Source: an uncultured delta proteobacterium
Lineage (GTDB): Bacteria > Desulfobacterota > Desulfomonilia > UBA1062
Length of the DNA: 64,000 bases
Direction: 5' to 3'
Assembly (NCBI GenBank): GCA_963785235.1
Contig: CAWAUM010000002.1
Location: forward strand, 32,001 to 96,000
Below the pieces are notes generated by a model, which did not search any database, was not told the DNA's origin, and saw only the letters and a program-made list of their open reading frames with translations. Shown here one piece after another: positions 8,519 to 20,212 of this stretch. Both the position numbers and the translations under genes were made by a program. The first letter of the stretch is position 1. Every line of letters begins with the position of its first letter.

Positions 8519-9908
8519 AAACCGTTCCTCCATGTGCATCAACGATCCCCCTTGAGATCGCAAGACCGAGCCCTATGCCGCCATGACCCCTTGTGTATCT
8601 CGACTGGTAGAACTTCTCAAAGATACGGGGCATATCCTCTGCGGGTATTCCCTTGCCGTGGTCCTCGATCTCAGTGATGATATATCCGTCAGAGTTCCTT
8701 ATCCTGATCTCTATTACAGAGCCTTCGGGTGAGTATTTGATTGCATTGTGCGTGAGGTTTGTCAAGACCTGCAGGATCTTGTTCCAGTCCACCATGACCG
8801 TGCAGTCATCCTGAGTATACTCCACCTTGATCTCCACACCATTGATATCGGCAATGGGGTTGATCTCGGATATGAATGAAGTTACCACCTTGTTCATGTC
8901 ATGGGGCTCCATATGCAGCCGGACCATACCGCTTTCTATCCGCGACATATCCAGTAGTTCTGAGACAGTATGTAAAAGCCTCTTGATGCCTTGTCCCATG
9001 ATCTCTACAAGCCGTTTCTGCCTGTCGGACAGATCACCGGCCAGGCCCTCCAGCAGCAGGCTTGCCGCCTCCTTCATGGAGGTCAGGGGTGTCTTCAGCT
9101 CGTGCGACACGACTGAAATAAACTCGGATTTCATCGTATCAAGCTCCTTGAGGCGCAACGCCATATTATTGAATGATTCAGCAAGCTGGCCCAGCTCATG
9201 CTTGGAGTCCAGAGAGATACGGTGATCGAAATCACCATCGGCGATATGTTTGATGCCGCCCATGATGCGATTGAGGTCCCTGGTGACGCTCCGGTAGATG
9301 AGGATAGGTACGATGAGGCCGATGCTCAGGGAAACGGCAAGCACCCACCATGTCCAGGACATGATCTGGTCGCCCAGGTCCTTCAGGTAGGCAATGTGCA
9401 TCCGCAGCCGGTCAACCGCCTCATTGTTAACATAACGGGCAATCCCCACAATGCCGTCTATCTCTGAGCTGTTGCGGATAAAGAGCTTCTCAAGATCTTT
9501 CGGGTTATTGGGAAGCTCTGTGAGCTGGGTGTGGAATCTGCTTACATAGGCCATCCACAAACCCTTGCCGTTTTCCATCATATTCCTCTCGGGCTCATCG
9601 TAGTACATGCCCTTCGTGTTAAGATTGTCCCATGCCCGGGAGATGTCCTTCTCCTGCTGTTCCAATATGGAGCGATAGGAATCGTTCTGGAGGAGCATAT
9701 ACTGCTTGCCGGTTTCCTCAATGGAGATAAGATTGGTAATGAGCTTGTCCGTGATCTCTTTTTTCTTATAATCAATAAGGTAGATCTTTGTGCTGAGCGT
9801 GCTGACCCGCGATGAGACAATAAAGAGCACTAATGTGATCCCGAGAAGGACCGCCACAAAGACCACATAGGTCATAATGAGCTTTTGCAGGAGGCCGGGT
9901 TTTGTCAT
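8406..9908 (-). CDS. Sensor histidine kinase (2 TM, HAMP, HisKA, HATPase)
   Basis: ELGQLAESFNNM, SHELKTPL, NAIKY, DHGKGI, GIGLGLAI. Confidence 0.93.
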   Translation of the reverse strand: MTKPGLLQKLIMTYVVFVAVLLGITLVLFIVSSRVSTLSTKIYLIDYKKKEITDKLITNLISIEETGKQYMLLQNDSYRSILEQQEKDISRAWDNLNTKGMYYDEPERNMMENGKGLWMAYVSRFHTQLTELPNNPKDLEKLFIRNSSEIDGIVGIARYVNNEAVDRLRMHIAYLKDLGDQIMSWTWWVLAVSLSIGLIVPILIYRSVTRDLNRIMGGIKHIADGDFDHRISLDSKHELGQLAESFNNMALRLKELDTMKSEFISVVSHELKTPLTSMKEAASLLLEGLAGDLSDRQKRLVEIMGQGIKRLLHTVSELLDMSRIESGMVRLHMEPHDMNKVVTSFISEINPIADINGVEIKVEYTQDDCTVMVDWNKILQVLTNLTHNAIKYSPEGSVIEIRIRNSDGYIITEIEDHGKGIPAEDMPRIFEKFYQSRYTRGHGGIGLGLAISRGIVDAHGGTVYAQSSEGKGSIFSFSLPVAHDNASLPGMRDGDPVHQD

Positions 9909-9910
9909 GC

Positions 9911-9937
9911 TAAAGATTATAGACATTTCTCCGATAA
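9911..9937 (+). promoter_or_regulatory. Sigma28 (FliA) promoter
   Basis: TAAA-N15-TCCGATAA upstream of a flagellar rod-like gene. Confidence 0.65.
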
Positions 9938-9959
9938 GTGAGCAAGGGAGAGAATAATT

Positions 9960-10286
9960 ATGTCCATACTCTTATCATCATTGAGGGCACATGAGATCCT
10001 TCTGGCCAATGCCTCTTCCAATGTGGCGAACATGAACACGCCTGACTACAAGGCTATCAGGACCACCATTACACCATCGCCGGACGGCGCTGTGGACGTT
10101 GCCACGAGCAGGTCCGATGAGCCCGCCCCCATGAACTCCGATGGACGTATGGAGTCAAACGTCGACATGGCAAAGGAATTTACGGACATGATGCGCGCAA
10201 AAACCGGCTTCGAGTCCGTGCTGAATGCCATCCGCACCCGTGAGGATATGCTCGACGACCTCATGGACATACTGACGAAGAAGTAA
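9960..10286 (+). CDS. Short flagellar basal-body rod/hook-like protein
   Basis: SNVANMNTPDYK N-terminal and SNVDMAKEFTDMM C-terminal motifs with almost no central domain. Confidence 0.75.
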   Translation: MSILLSSLRAHEILLANASSNVANMNTPDYKAIRTTITPSPDGAVDVATSRSDEPAPMNSDGRMESNVDMAKEFTDMMRAKTGFESVLNAIRTREDMLDDLMDILTKK

Positions 10287-10338
10287 CCATCTGCATATCA
10301 TCAGCATATATCCTTAAGAAAACGGTATTACCCCGCCC

Positions 10339-11649
10339 ATGGAAGAGATGTACAAGTCCGTCAAACTCGGTTATACTGCCTATCCGATGATTAATGATCT
10401 GCTCTATAGGTGCCCTCAATGTGGTGCATTTGATTGGCTGGAGCGGAATCATTGCGTATCCTGTCATGCGGACTTCAGGCTCACAACACGTTCCCTCGCC
10501 TCGCTGGATGGGGAAGTCCGGCCGATTTCTCACTGGTACAAGAAGATCCTGACCTTTGAGCTGCCCCAAGCCTTTTCAGGCACCATCATGAAAAGCCGCC
10601 AGGTCAGGCTTTCGCGTGAGTCTCAGGAGGGTATGTATGAAGGGTATGCCGGCATTACCGCATGCCATTTCACACGGGCACCTCTAGACACGGGCACCCT
10701 GTTCCTCAAAGAGGATGCCTTGAGCTTTTCGGGTGTCACCACCAGCATTGATGTGCCTTTTGGTGCACTCATGGGTGTTACCATTGAATCGAATACCATC
10801 ATCGTCATCAGCCGTGAACATGGGCCCCTGTTTTTTGATTTTCTCGATGAATCGGGCAAGAAGTGGGAAGACTTCATCCAGAAGGCGCTCAAAAAATATC
10901 ATGGCCCCGGCGAGATAGTGGAATTCTATCCAAGGGTCCGTTTCCGGGGTTCCTTAAGGGTAACCCCTTCAAAGGTGCCGGGCCACCAAAAGCTGCGTGT
11001 GCCTGAAAGAAGGTGGTATCCAAGGGATAAAAGCATGCTCTCCATGGTGCTGAAGCCCATTGCCCGGCCTATCCTCAAGGCCCTCCTGTCGGTTACCATC
11101 ACAGGACTTGAGAACATACCCGCCAAAGGGGCAGCCATCGTCGTACCCAACCATACCTCATTTCTCGATTCCGTTATCCTGGGTTTCTTTACCAGACGCG
11201 ACATATGGTACATGGCTAAAAATTCGGAGTACCGGCATTCTTTCATGAAGTGGTTCCTTCGGCATGCAGGGTCCTTCCCGGTGAGGAGGTACACCATCGA
11301 TGTTCTGGCCATCCGTAATGCAATCCGGGTGGTGGGGCATGGTCATATCCTTGGTATATTCCCCGAGGGCGAGCGGACGTGGGACGGGGAAATGCTGCCG
11401 CTCCGCACCGGTACGATCCGGCTTATCCTCGCCCTGGATACGCCCGTTATCCCTGTGGGCATATCAGGTGCATACAGCCTCATGCCCCGCTGGACATCGT
11501 CCATCAAGCTTTCTCCCATAAAGATCGCCATCGGCAAACCCATAGCGTTTCCACACATACCCATCCCGAGACAGACCAGGCACGACATCGAATCCGCATC
11601 CAGGGAGTTACGTGCACAAATACAAAGACTGTCCGGGGGGATTCCGTGA
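10339..11649 (+). CDS. PlsC-family acyltransferase with N-terminal Zn-ribbon extension
   Basis: NHTSFLD, FPEGER in C-terminal half; CPQC..CVSC at N-terminus. Confidence 0.8.
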   Translation: MEEMYKSVKLGYTAYPMINDLLYRCPQCGAFDWLERNHCVSCHADFRLTTRSLASLDGEVRPISHWYKKILTFELPQAFSGTIMKSRQVRLSRESQEGMYEGYAGITACHFTRAPLDTGTLFLKEDALSFSGVTTSIDVPFGALMGVTIESNTIIVISREHGPLFFDFLDESGKKWEDFIQKALKKYHGPGEIVEFYPRVRFRGSLRVTPSKVPGHQKLRVPERRWYPRDKSMLSMVLKPIARPILKALLSVTITGLENIPAKGAAIVVPNHTSFLDSVILGFFTRRDIWYMAKNSEYRHSFMKWFLRHAGSFPVRRYTIDVLAIRNAIRVVGHGHILGIFPEGERTWDGEMLPLRTGTIRLILALDTPVIPVGISGAYSLMPRWTSSIKLSPIKIAIGKPIAFPHIPIPRQTRHDIESASRELRAQIQRLSGGIP

Positions 11650-13263
11650 ACACGGTGAAGGTGATCCCCTTAGGAGGTGTCAGGGAATTCGGGCTGAACT
11701 CCATGGTCATCGAGACCGGCTCAGGGTCCATATTGGTGGATGCGGGGCTCATGTTTCCCAAGTACAACCTCACGGGCATCGATCAGATCATCCCGGATTT
11801 CTCGTACGTTGTGGAAAACCAGGAGGCCTTTGAGGGGATTCTTCTTACACACGGGCATGAAGATCACATCGGCGCCCTGCCATATCTCCTGAAAGAAGCC
11901 CCTATCCCTGTCTACAGCCACCCCTTCACGTTGGAGCTGGTCAAGCGCAAGCTCAAGGAATATGACATGGACGGCCATGTCAAGCTCATCGCTGTCCATG
12001 CAGGGCAAAAGATCAGCCTGGCAGGCATGGACATAGAGTTCTTGGAGGTTCGCCACTCCACTATCGGGTGTTATTCTCTGAGCATGCTCACACCCCAGGG
12101 CCGCATTATCCATTCCGGTGACTTTAAAGAGATGCCGGCCGAATTCCGCACCATGGATGGCCCGGTCAAGCTTTTCATCTGCGAGAGCACCAATGCGGAA
12201 CTCGACCCCAGGTGCTCGGACGAAGGCAAGGTCTCTTCCTGCATAGAATCCATCATGAAGAAGACACAAGGGGCGGTGATCGTCTCCACCTTTTCCAGCC
12301 ATGTAAGACGTATCCAGATGCTCTATGAGCTTGCCGTCAAGAACAACAGAAAGGTTACCATTATCGGCAGGAGCATGAACCAGGTGGTGGATATCGCCTC
12401 CGACCTCGGCATCGTGGAGTTCGATTCCAGAGACCTCATCAAACCCGAAGAGGTCCTTGCCATTGATAGAAGCAAGCTCATGATCATCTGCACGGGCACC
12501 CAGGGCGAGGTATATTCGGTGCTGTCCCTTATCGCCAGGGGATGGCACAAGTTCAAGGTGAAAGAATCAGACAGCGTGATCATCTCGGCCAGGATCATAC
12601 CGGGCAACGAGATCGCCATTTCCCGCTGCATCGACCAGCTCATGGACTATGGTGCAAGGGTTTATTATCCCGACATTGCAGACGTTCATGCAACCGGCCA
12701 TGCCACCCATGGTGAAATCATAGAGGCAGTGCGGCTGCTCAACCCCCAGATCATCATGCCCGTCCATGGCGAGCTGCGACACATGAAATCATTGGCTAGG
12801 TTGGTGGAGAACTCGCTTCATACGAACCCGCAGATACTGTTTGCACGGCCCGGACAGATCTGGACATTGGCGGATTCGGGCATGGAGATCACCGGCGAAG
12901 CCCCGCATGGAAAATGTTTTGTGGACGGCGAGCTCACCGGTGACATCGGGGATGTGGTGCTGAGAGACCGCAGGCACATCTCAGAAGGCGGGCTTGTGGT
13001 CGTTTTTGTCGTCATCGACTCGGTCAGGCATGAGGTGGCATTGGGGCCCGATATCATGTGCAAAGGTGTTGTCCCGGCGATCATGGAACAAGAAATCATG
13101 GATGAGATACGCACAGAATGCCCTTACTATCTTGGACTCTTTCCTCGGTAAAAACACGGACACCCAGGTAATACAGAACCGATTGCGGGAATCCCTGGGC
13201 ACCAGCCTCAAATCAAGGCTCGGGAAAAAACCCATGGTAATCCCCATCATCATGGAGATGTAG
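11646..13263 (+). CDS. rnj: Ribonuclease J, frameshift near 13115
   Basis: PLGGVREFGLN, THGHEDHIG, GDFK, HATGH, PVHGE, KPMVIPII. Confidence 0.92.
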
Positions 13264-13410
13264 TTGCCTGATATCCTCTTATCGCAGGGTTGATTTCTTT
13301 GAGATTTCTGGTAAGGACGTTACAAAGAATGTATTTTTCATCTCTTCTTACAGTATTGATGACTATGAGGGTGTCACCGGCAAAGGTGCTGAGGTAAGGA
13401 AGGTTCATCC

Positions 13411-15631
13411 ATGGCAAAGCGAGAACGTGCGAGCACCATACCTGTACATATTACAGGATTGTTCCTGATCTTTGCCGCCGTATTTCTCCTGCTTGCCCTC
13501 ATCTCTTATTCCCCTGCCGACCCCGGCTTTACCTTGTCCAAACACACCGATACCTTCCATAACTGGATGGGTTTTGTCGGTTCCTACATAGCAGACGGCC
13601 TCTACATCATCATGGGCGTATGGGCTTTTGCTTTACCCATCTTCCTGATGGACTATGCCTGGCGGTACTGCATAAGGAAGCACCCCATAAACTGGCTGCA
13701 CTTTGCAAGCACTGCCATTATCATGTTCGCGATGCTGGGACTTCTCCACATCTTTTTAGGCGAGCTGAAACTGTTCTCCACCACTATCAAGGCAGGAGGG
13801 GCCATCGGCAAGATCATCGGGGATTCCCTGGTTGGCTACCTCAACCACTGGGGATCGCTGATGCTGCTGCTCATGCTCCTTGCAGGCGGGATCATGATGG
13901 GTTATGACATGTCTTCACCTGTACGGCGTGGTCCGTGACTTCATTGAGCGCATCAAAGACAGGCAGCTTCTCAAGAAGAGGCCCGGCGATCGTTGAGCGC
14001 TCTTCGGAGACAAGGCCGTCTAAGAAGGCCTCTGCTCAAGTCCAGGCCCGATAAAGAAACCTCGGGCAAAGAGCCCCGGATACACCATGATGGAGCACGA
14101 GGGTCCTGACTCTACAGAAGTCCCCAAACAGGCCACACTGGACTTTATTGACAACTATCAGATCCCCCCGATTTCCTTGCTCAATAACCCGCCTACAAAA
14201 AGCCGGACCATCACGGAAAAAGAGCTCAAGGCAAATGCCTCACTGATCCTGTCCAAGCTCAAGGACTTCGGCGTGGATGGGGAGATCCTTGAGATCAAGC
14301 CGGGCCCGGTTATCACCATGTACGAGTTCACCCCTGCACCCGGCATTAAAATCAACAAGATCGTTTCCCTGGCTGATGACCTTGCCATGGCGCTCAAGGC
14401 AGCACCGGTGCGGGTGGTGGCCCCTATACCCGGCAAGAATGCCGTGGGCATAGAGATCCCCAACCGCTCCCGGGAGCTCGTGAGTCTGCGGAGGATCCTT
14501 GCCAGTAAGGAGTTCACAGCTTCGAACGCAGCGCTGACCCTGGCCCTGGGTACGGATATCGAAGGGGTTCCCGTGGTGACCAATCTTGCCAAGATGCCCC
14601 ACCTTCTCATTGCAGGCGCTACCGGTACCGGCAAGAGCGTTGGGCTGAACACCATGATTCTCTCACTCCTGTACAAGAATAACCCGTCCGAGCTCAAATT
14701 CATCATGATCGATCCCAAGCGCATAGAGCTTTCGCACTATGAAGGTATCCCGCACCTGCTGCACCCGGTGGTCATTGACCCCAGGGAGGCCCTGCCTGTC
14801 CTCAAATGGGCGGTCAGCGAGATGGAGCAGCGTTATATAATCTTCAAAGATCATGGAATGAAGGGCCTCGATTCGTACAACAAAAAGGTGAAGAAAGAGA
14901 ATCCCGAAGCGAGAACCACCCTGGCCACCCTTACCACGGAAGATTCTCAAGACGGGCTGTTGCCCAAGATCGTGGTCGTCATCGATGAGATGGCGGACCT
15001 CATGATGATCAACCGTGAGGTGGAGGTATTCATTGCGCGCCTGGCCCAGATGGCCAGGGCCGCCGGCATCTATATGATAGTCGCCACCCAGAGACCTTCG
15101 GTTGATGTCATAACCGGCCTGATCAAGTCCAATTTCCCATCACGCATCTCCTTTCGGGTCTCATCCAAGATCGATTCCCGCACCATCCTTGACTCCTCGG
15201 GCGCTGATCAGCTTTTAGGCCTTGGCGACATGCTCTTCCTCCTGCCTGGCACCTCAAACCTGAAGCGTGTCCATGGGGCCTATGTATCTGAGGATGAGCT
15301 GGACAAGGTGATCGAATTCATACGCGAGCAGAAAGGCCCGGACTACATCAAGGAGATCGACACCCAGATCGAACAACTGGCAAGGGAAGACAGCGATTCG
15401 AACGTTCTGCTGGAAGAATCCGACCCGGTTTATGACGAGGCATTGGAATTCGTAACCAACAAGGGCAGTGCTTCCATATCGCTGATCCAGCGGAGGTTCC
15501 GGGTCGGGTACAACCGTGCGGCCAGGATCATCGAACAGATGGAGACCGAGGGCGTCTTAGGCCCTGCGGATGCTGCAGGCAAACCACGAAAGGTATTGGT
15601 CAAATCATATGCACATGAAATGGAAGAATAG
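13411..15631 (+). CDS. ftsK: DNA translocase FtsK, frameshifts in 13910-14090
   Basis: 4TM N-terminal domain; AGATGTGKS, IDEMADLM, ATQRPSVDVITG, gamma domain SLIQRRFRVGYNRAARI. Confidence 0.93.
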
Positions 15632-16216
15632 TCTGCTATTCGTATTTTTCCTGTTATTCCTCACCGGCACGGCACAAGGTGTGGAGCTTATAAAAGTCCA
15701 GAAGCGCTATGCCAAGATCCATGGACTTCACTGCCCTTTTCAAACAGGAAACCTTCCAGGTGATCGCCAACAAGACGGTCCATTTCGAAGGAAAGGTTTC
15801 CTACAAGAGGAACTCGGGGGTGAGGATGGATGTGAGCGCCCCTGAGAAGCAGATACTTATCCTCAAGGGCCAGACCGTGCTGGTGATCCTGCCTGAGGAG
15901 GGGACGTCGCAGGTTCAGGAGATCCCCAACGAGATCGCAGCCCAGAACATCTTAGGTTTTTTCACGGGCCTTAACTCCATCGAGGAGCATTACACGGTAC
16001 AGACTGCAGGCGATCACCTTGTCCTTATGCCCAAAACCGGCACCGGATCAATATCGGTCTGGGTGGATGCGGACAACCTCATTGCGCGCATCCTGCTGAA
16101 AGATGCCACTGGGCAATACGAGCGATATTACCTTGAGCTCATACCGCTTTAACAAGGGCATCAACGACGATCTGTTCAAGAATCCCTCCGGCAAGGCAGC
16201 AGGGACCATCAAATAG
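15615..16216 (+). CDS. lolA: Outer-membrane lipoprotein carrier LolA-like, frameshifted
   Basis: Signal peptide, DFTALFKQ; canonical position after ftsK. Confidence 0.75.
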
Positions 16217-16289
16217 CTGACCTTGATGACGCGTGAAACAGCGAGCATCCGCCTTGACCTCCCAGGCCTGCTCTGATAAAGCTCTTTTC

Positions 16290-17107
16290 ATGGATTTTTC
16301 CCTCATCGAGAAGGCTGCGGACCTGCTTGTCAGGGCAAATCATGCGGTGGTCCTCACCGGTGCAGGGATATCAACCGAATCAGGCGTTCCCGACTTCAGG
16401 TCTGCAGGCGGCATCTGGGAGCGCTATGATCCCACGCTGTTTTTCTACGAACGCTTCCTGGCGGAACCGGACGTGGTCTGGAGGTGCCTCATCGAGATGA
16501 ACACCTCGGGCGGCATGTCGCTGTGGGACGCAAAACCCAACAAGGGCCATCTGGCGCTTTCCGCCCTGGAGCATATGGGGATTATCAAGGTTGTCATCAC
16601 CCAGAACATCGACAACCTCCATCAGAAGGCGGGCAGCAGGAATGTCATCGAGTTCCACGGAAACATGCTTTTTTTCAAATGTCTGAAGTGTGGTCGCAAA
16701 TACGGCTATGAACAGCTCCTGGAGATCATTGCGGGAAGTGCATGCCTGCCCCCCCTGTGCGAATGCGGCGGGGTGCTCAAACCCGATGCCGTATTTTTCG
16801 GCGAGGCAATCCCCCAGGAGGCCTTAAAGGAATCCTTCCGGCATGCCCAGGAATGCGACCTGATGCTGGTCATCGGGACCTCAGCCCACATCGAGCCTGC
16901 TGCGTCACTACCTATCGTGGCCAAGGGCATGCATTCCATGTTCAGGGGGATAGGAAGCCTTGTCCCAAAGGGCAACTGCCATGTCATCGAGATAAATCGG
17001 GAGCCCACACCGCTCACAGGACGAGGTCTCGGATTTCCTCATCCAGGGCAGCGCAGGCGAGATCCTCTCCTGCATCATGGATAAGGCCAAAGGAAAAGAG
17101 GGCGTAG
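16290..17107 (+). CDS. cobB: NAD-dependent deacylase (sirtuin), 3' frameshifts
   Basis: GAGISTESGVPDFR, TQNIDNLH, HG, CxxC..CxC, GTS. Confidence 0.9.
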
Positions 17108-17108
17108 C

Positions 17109-17926
17109 GTGGTTATTACCGGGCGAACACGAATCTACACCATCCTCGCGCATCCATCCACTGCATGTTACCGCCCCTGTCATCTACAACCACATCTTCA
17201 ATGCCATGGGCCTCGATATGGTCTACATAAGCCACGACATAGAGCCCGGCTCGGTACCTGAGACAATAAGGTCATTCTCAGGGTGGTGCAATCTGGGCGG
17301 GTTCAATGTGACCATACCGCACAAGGAGGCTGTGGCTACCCTCGTGAACAGCCTGTGTGAGGTTTCCTCCCGGATCGGCGTGGTGAATACGGTGGTGAGG
17401 AATGAAGCCGGGCAATTATCCGGCTACAATACCGACGGGGCGGGGGCAGTAGAGGCATTGGGAAAGGTTCAAGGCACCACATGCCTGATGATCGGCGCAG
17501 GGGGTGCAGCGCGTTCTATCGTGGATGCCCTGCTGCATTCCGGCGCGAAGCAGGTGCTTATAATGAACCGCTCTCGAGAGGGGGCATTGCGCCTGTGCAG
17601 CCTCTTTGCGGGTAGCCCGGTATGCATATATGAAGGAGAGTCCCTTTCCCACATCGGAGGTAGTCGTGCAGGCAACCCCCATAGCGGATCAGATTCCCCT
17701 CGGTCTCAACATGTCCGGATTTGCGAAAGGTACGCGCATTCTGGAGACCATCGTAAGGCCCACCGTGCTTTCCGAGACGGCTGTTCACCATAAGTTTGAG
17801 CTCATCGGCGGCCATGCCATGCTCTATCACCAGACAAGCAGAAATTTCGAGCTTTTCACAGGCATGGAACTCCCGAAGAAATATTTAGATGATGCCTTTA
17901 GGGCAATAGGGTACCACCTGCCATGA
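17109..17926 (+). CDS. aroE: Shikimate dehydrogenase, frameshifted
   Basis: GFNVTIPHK, VNT, NTDG, GAGGAA, ATP, MLYHQ. Confidence 0.85.
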
Positions 17927-18087
17927 GGGTCTATCTGATCTGCCTGAAACGAAAGAGCAGGCCCAAGGTCGCCCTGGAGGTGTGCAAGGCCTGCAGGCAT
18001 AACTGTGCATGCAGACAATACCTCACCTACAGAAACCCGCCGCTCTTCCCCGATTCAGGGAAACCTCAAGGAAATGCAATTTCTTGA
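17923..18087 (+). CDS. 54-aa Cys-rich small protein (not in ORF track)
   Basis: ATGA overlap with aroE stop; MRVYLICLKRKSRPKVALEVCKACRHNCACRQYLTYRNPPLFP... Confidence 0.55.
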   Translation: MRVYLICLKRKSRPKVALEVCKACRHNCACRQYLTYRNPPLFPDSGKPQGNAIS

Positions 18088-18120
18088 CAGCTCAGATCAA
18101 TGTAACTATGTTAATTTCAT

Positions 18121-18621
18121 ATGCCGCGTAAAGAAATCCTCATCTATCCTGAATCCACGCTGAAGACCACAGCTGTAACGATAGAAAATATCGACCTCGA
18201 AATCGTGATGCTCGTGGACGATATGAAAGAGGCCCTGTACAAAGCCCCTGGCGTAGGCCTTGCCGCCCCCCAGGTAGGGTGCTCAAAGCGCCTCATCCTT
18301 GTGGACCCAACGGCGAAAAAGGAATCCAATAGCCTCCTGGTCATGGTGAACCCTGTTATAATCGAACAGGAGGGATCTGCACAGGACAGCGAAATGTGTC
18401 TGAGTGTTCCTGAGGTCTCGGTGGATGTGAAGAGGGCTGAAAGGATCCTGGTCAAGGGTGTGGATCTCAAGGGCAAGGAAATCCGCATTGAGGCCCAAGG
18501 GTTTCTTGCACGGATATTCCAGCATGAGATCGACCACCTCAATGGAAAGGTCATTTTGGATTACGCCTCGACACTGAGACGGGCCATCTATCTGAAGAAG
18601 AGGAAAAAGGGTACGCTATGA
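18121..18621 (+). CDS. def: Peptide deformylase
   Basis: GVGLAAPQVG, EMCLS, QHEIDHL. Confidence 0.95.
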   Translation: MPRKEILIYPESTLKTTAVTIENIDLEIVMLVDDMKEALYKAPGVGLAAPQVGCSKRLILVDPTAKKESNSLLVMVNPVIIEQEGSAQDSEMCLSVPEVSVDVKRAERILVKGVDLKGKEIRIEAQGFLARIFQHEIDHLNGKVILDYASTLRRAIYLKKRKKGTL

Positions 18622-19559
18622 GACTGGCCTTTATGGGCACTCCGGTTTTTGCCGTGCCGACCCTTTCGTCCCTGATGGAATCCAAGCATGACATAGCATT
18701 CGTCATCACCCAGCCCGACAAACCCAAAGGCAGGGGCATGCACCTGCAGGGCCCTCCTGTAAAGGATCTGGCCAAAAAAGCCGGGTTGAAGGTGTACCAG
18801 CCCCAGACACTCAAAAACAACACCGAGATCCATGATCTTTTTGCATCCTCGAAGCTCGATGCGGTCATCGTTGTGGCATACGGGAAGATGATTCCGACTG
18901 ATATGCTTATTATCCCTAAAACAGGTTTTCTCAATATCCATGCCTCACTGTTGCCCGACCTCCGGGGTGCATCCCCCATCAACCGGGCCATACTATCCGG
19001 GTATACGTCTACGGGTATCAGCATCATGCAGATCGATGAGGGTATGGATTCCGGACCGGTTTATTTACAGGCAAGTCTCCCCATAAGTGACGCAGACGAT
19101 GCCGAGAACCTATCCCTTAGGCTGAGCGGCCTTGGGGCTCTCAAACTCCTGGAAACCCTTGCACTTATTGAAGAGGAAAAGATTAAGCCGGTCCCCCAGG
19201 ACCATGCACGCTCGACATATGCCCCCATGCTCACCAAGGAAGACGGAAAGATCGACTGGGGCAGGGATCCGAGGTCCATTCATAACATGATCAGGGGGCT
19301 TGTCCCATGGCCATGCGCCTACACGTACCTGGATGGGAAGATGCTAAAGATCATGAGCGGTTTTTACGAGATAGAAGATCATGGTATAAGGTATGGGACT
19401 CTCCTGAAGGAAAAATCCGGGGTGAAGATTGCGTGCGCCGGAGGGTATATAATCCCAAAAATTCTTCAACTCGAAGGGAAGAAGGCCCTCGATGCAACCG
19501 CTTTCTCGTGCGGATTGAAGGCCGATAAAGCGATATTGGGGCAGAAGGAAACGCTATGA
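18618..19559 (+). CDS. fmt: Methionyl-tRNA formyltransferase
   Basis: FMGTP, TQPDKPKGRG, NIHASLLP. Confidence 0.95.
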   Translation: MRLAFMGTPVFAVPTLSSLMESKHDIAFVITQPDKPKGRGMHLQGPPVKDLAKKAGLKVYQPQTLKNNTEIHDLFASSKLDAVIVVAYGKMIPTDMLIIPKTGFLNIHASLLPDLRGASPINRAILSGYTSTGISIMQIDEGMDSGPVYLQASLPISDADDAENLSLRLSGLGALKLLETLALIEEEKIKPVPQDHARSTYAPMLTKEDGKIDWGRDPRSIHNMIRGLVPWPCAYTYLDGKMLKIMSGFYEIEDHGIRYGTLLKEKSGVKIACAGGYIIPKILQLEGKKALDATAFSCGLKADKAILGQKETL

Positions 19560-20212
19560 TCATTGCACCATCAATTCTCTCAGCTGATTTTTCGAACCTG
19601 GGCCGCGACATCAGTACCGTTGTGGATGCCGGGGCACAGTGGATCCATGTGGATGTAATGGACGGCATTTTTGTCCCGAATATCACCATCGGGCCTGTCG
19701 TCGTAAGGGGCATCCGTAAGGCTACAAAGGCATTCCTTGACTGTCATCTCATGATCATGGACCCTGAACGGTATATCGACGACTTCATCAAGGCAGGCGC
19801 TGACGGCATAACCGTGCATGCAGAGGCCACAAGACACCTCCATCGGACTCTAAGCATGATCAGGGAAAGAGGCCTGAAATCAGGCGTTGCCTTGAACCCC
19901 TCCACCCCTTTGGATACGATCAGATATTGCCTGAATGACATCGACCTGGTCCTTATTATGAGTGTGAACCCGGGGTTCGGCGGGCAGAGCTTCATCGATG
20001 CGGTGATACCCAAGATCGCAGATACAAGAACAATGATTTCGGGCCGGACGATCCAATTGCAGGTAGACGGCGGGATCAATAAGGATAATATAGCCAATCT
20101 TACACGGATGGGTGTAGATAACATAGTAGCCGGATCAAGTATCTTTGGCACTGACAACCCTGGAAAGACCATAAAGGAGATGTTTGACATTGTATCCTCA
20201 GTTTCACATTAG
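19556..20212 (+). CDS. rpe: Ribulose-phosphate 3-epimerase
   Basis: IAPSILSAD, HVDVMDG, MSVNPGFGGQ, VDGG. Confidence 0.96.
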   Translation: MIIAPSILSADFSNLGRDISTVVDAGAQWIHVDVMDGIFVPNITIGPVVVRGIRKATKAFLDCHLMIMDPERYIDDFIKAGADGITVHAEATRHLHRTLSMIRERGLKSGVALNPSTPLDTIRYCLNDIDLVLIMSVNPGFGGQSFIDAVIPKIADTRTMISGRTIQLQVDGGINKDNIANLTRMGVDNIVAGSSIFGTDNPGKTIKEMFDIVSSVSH

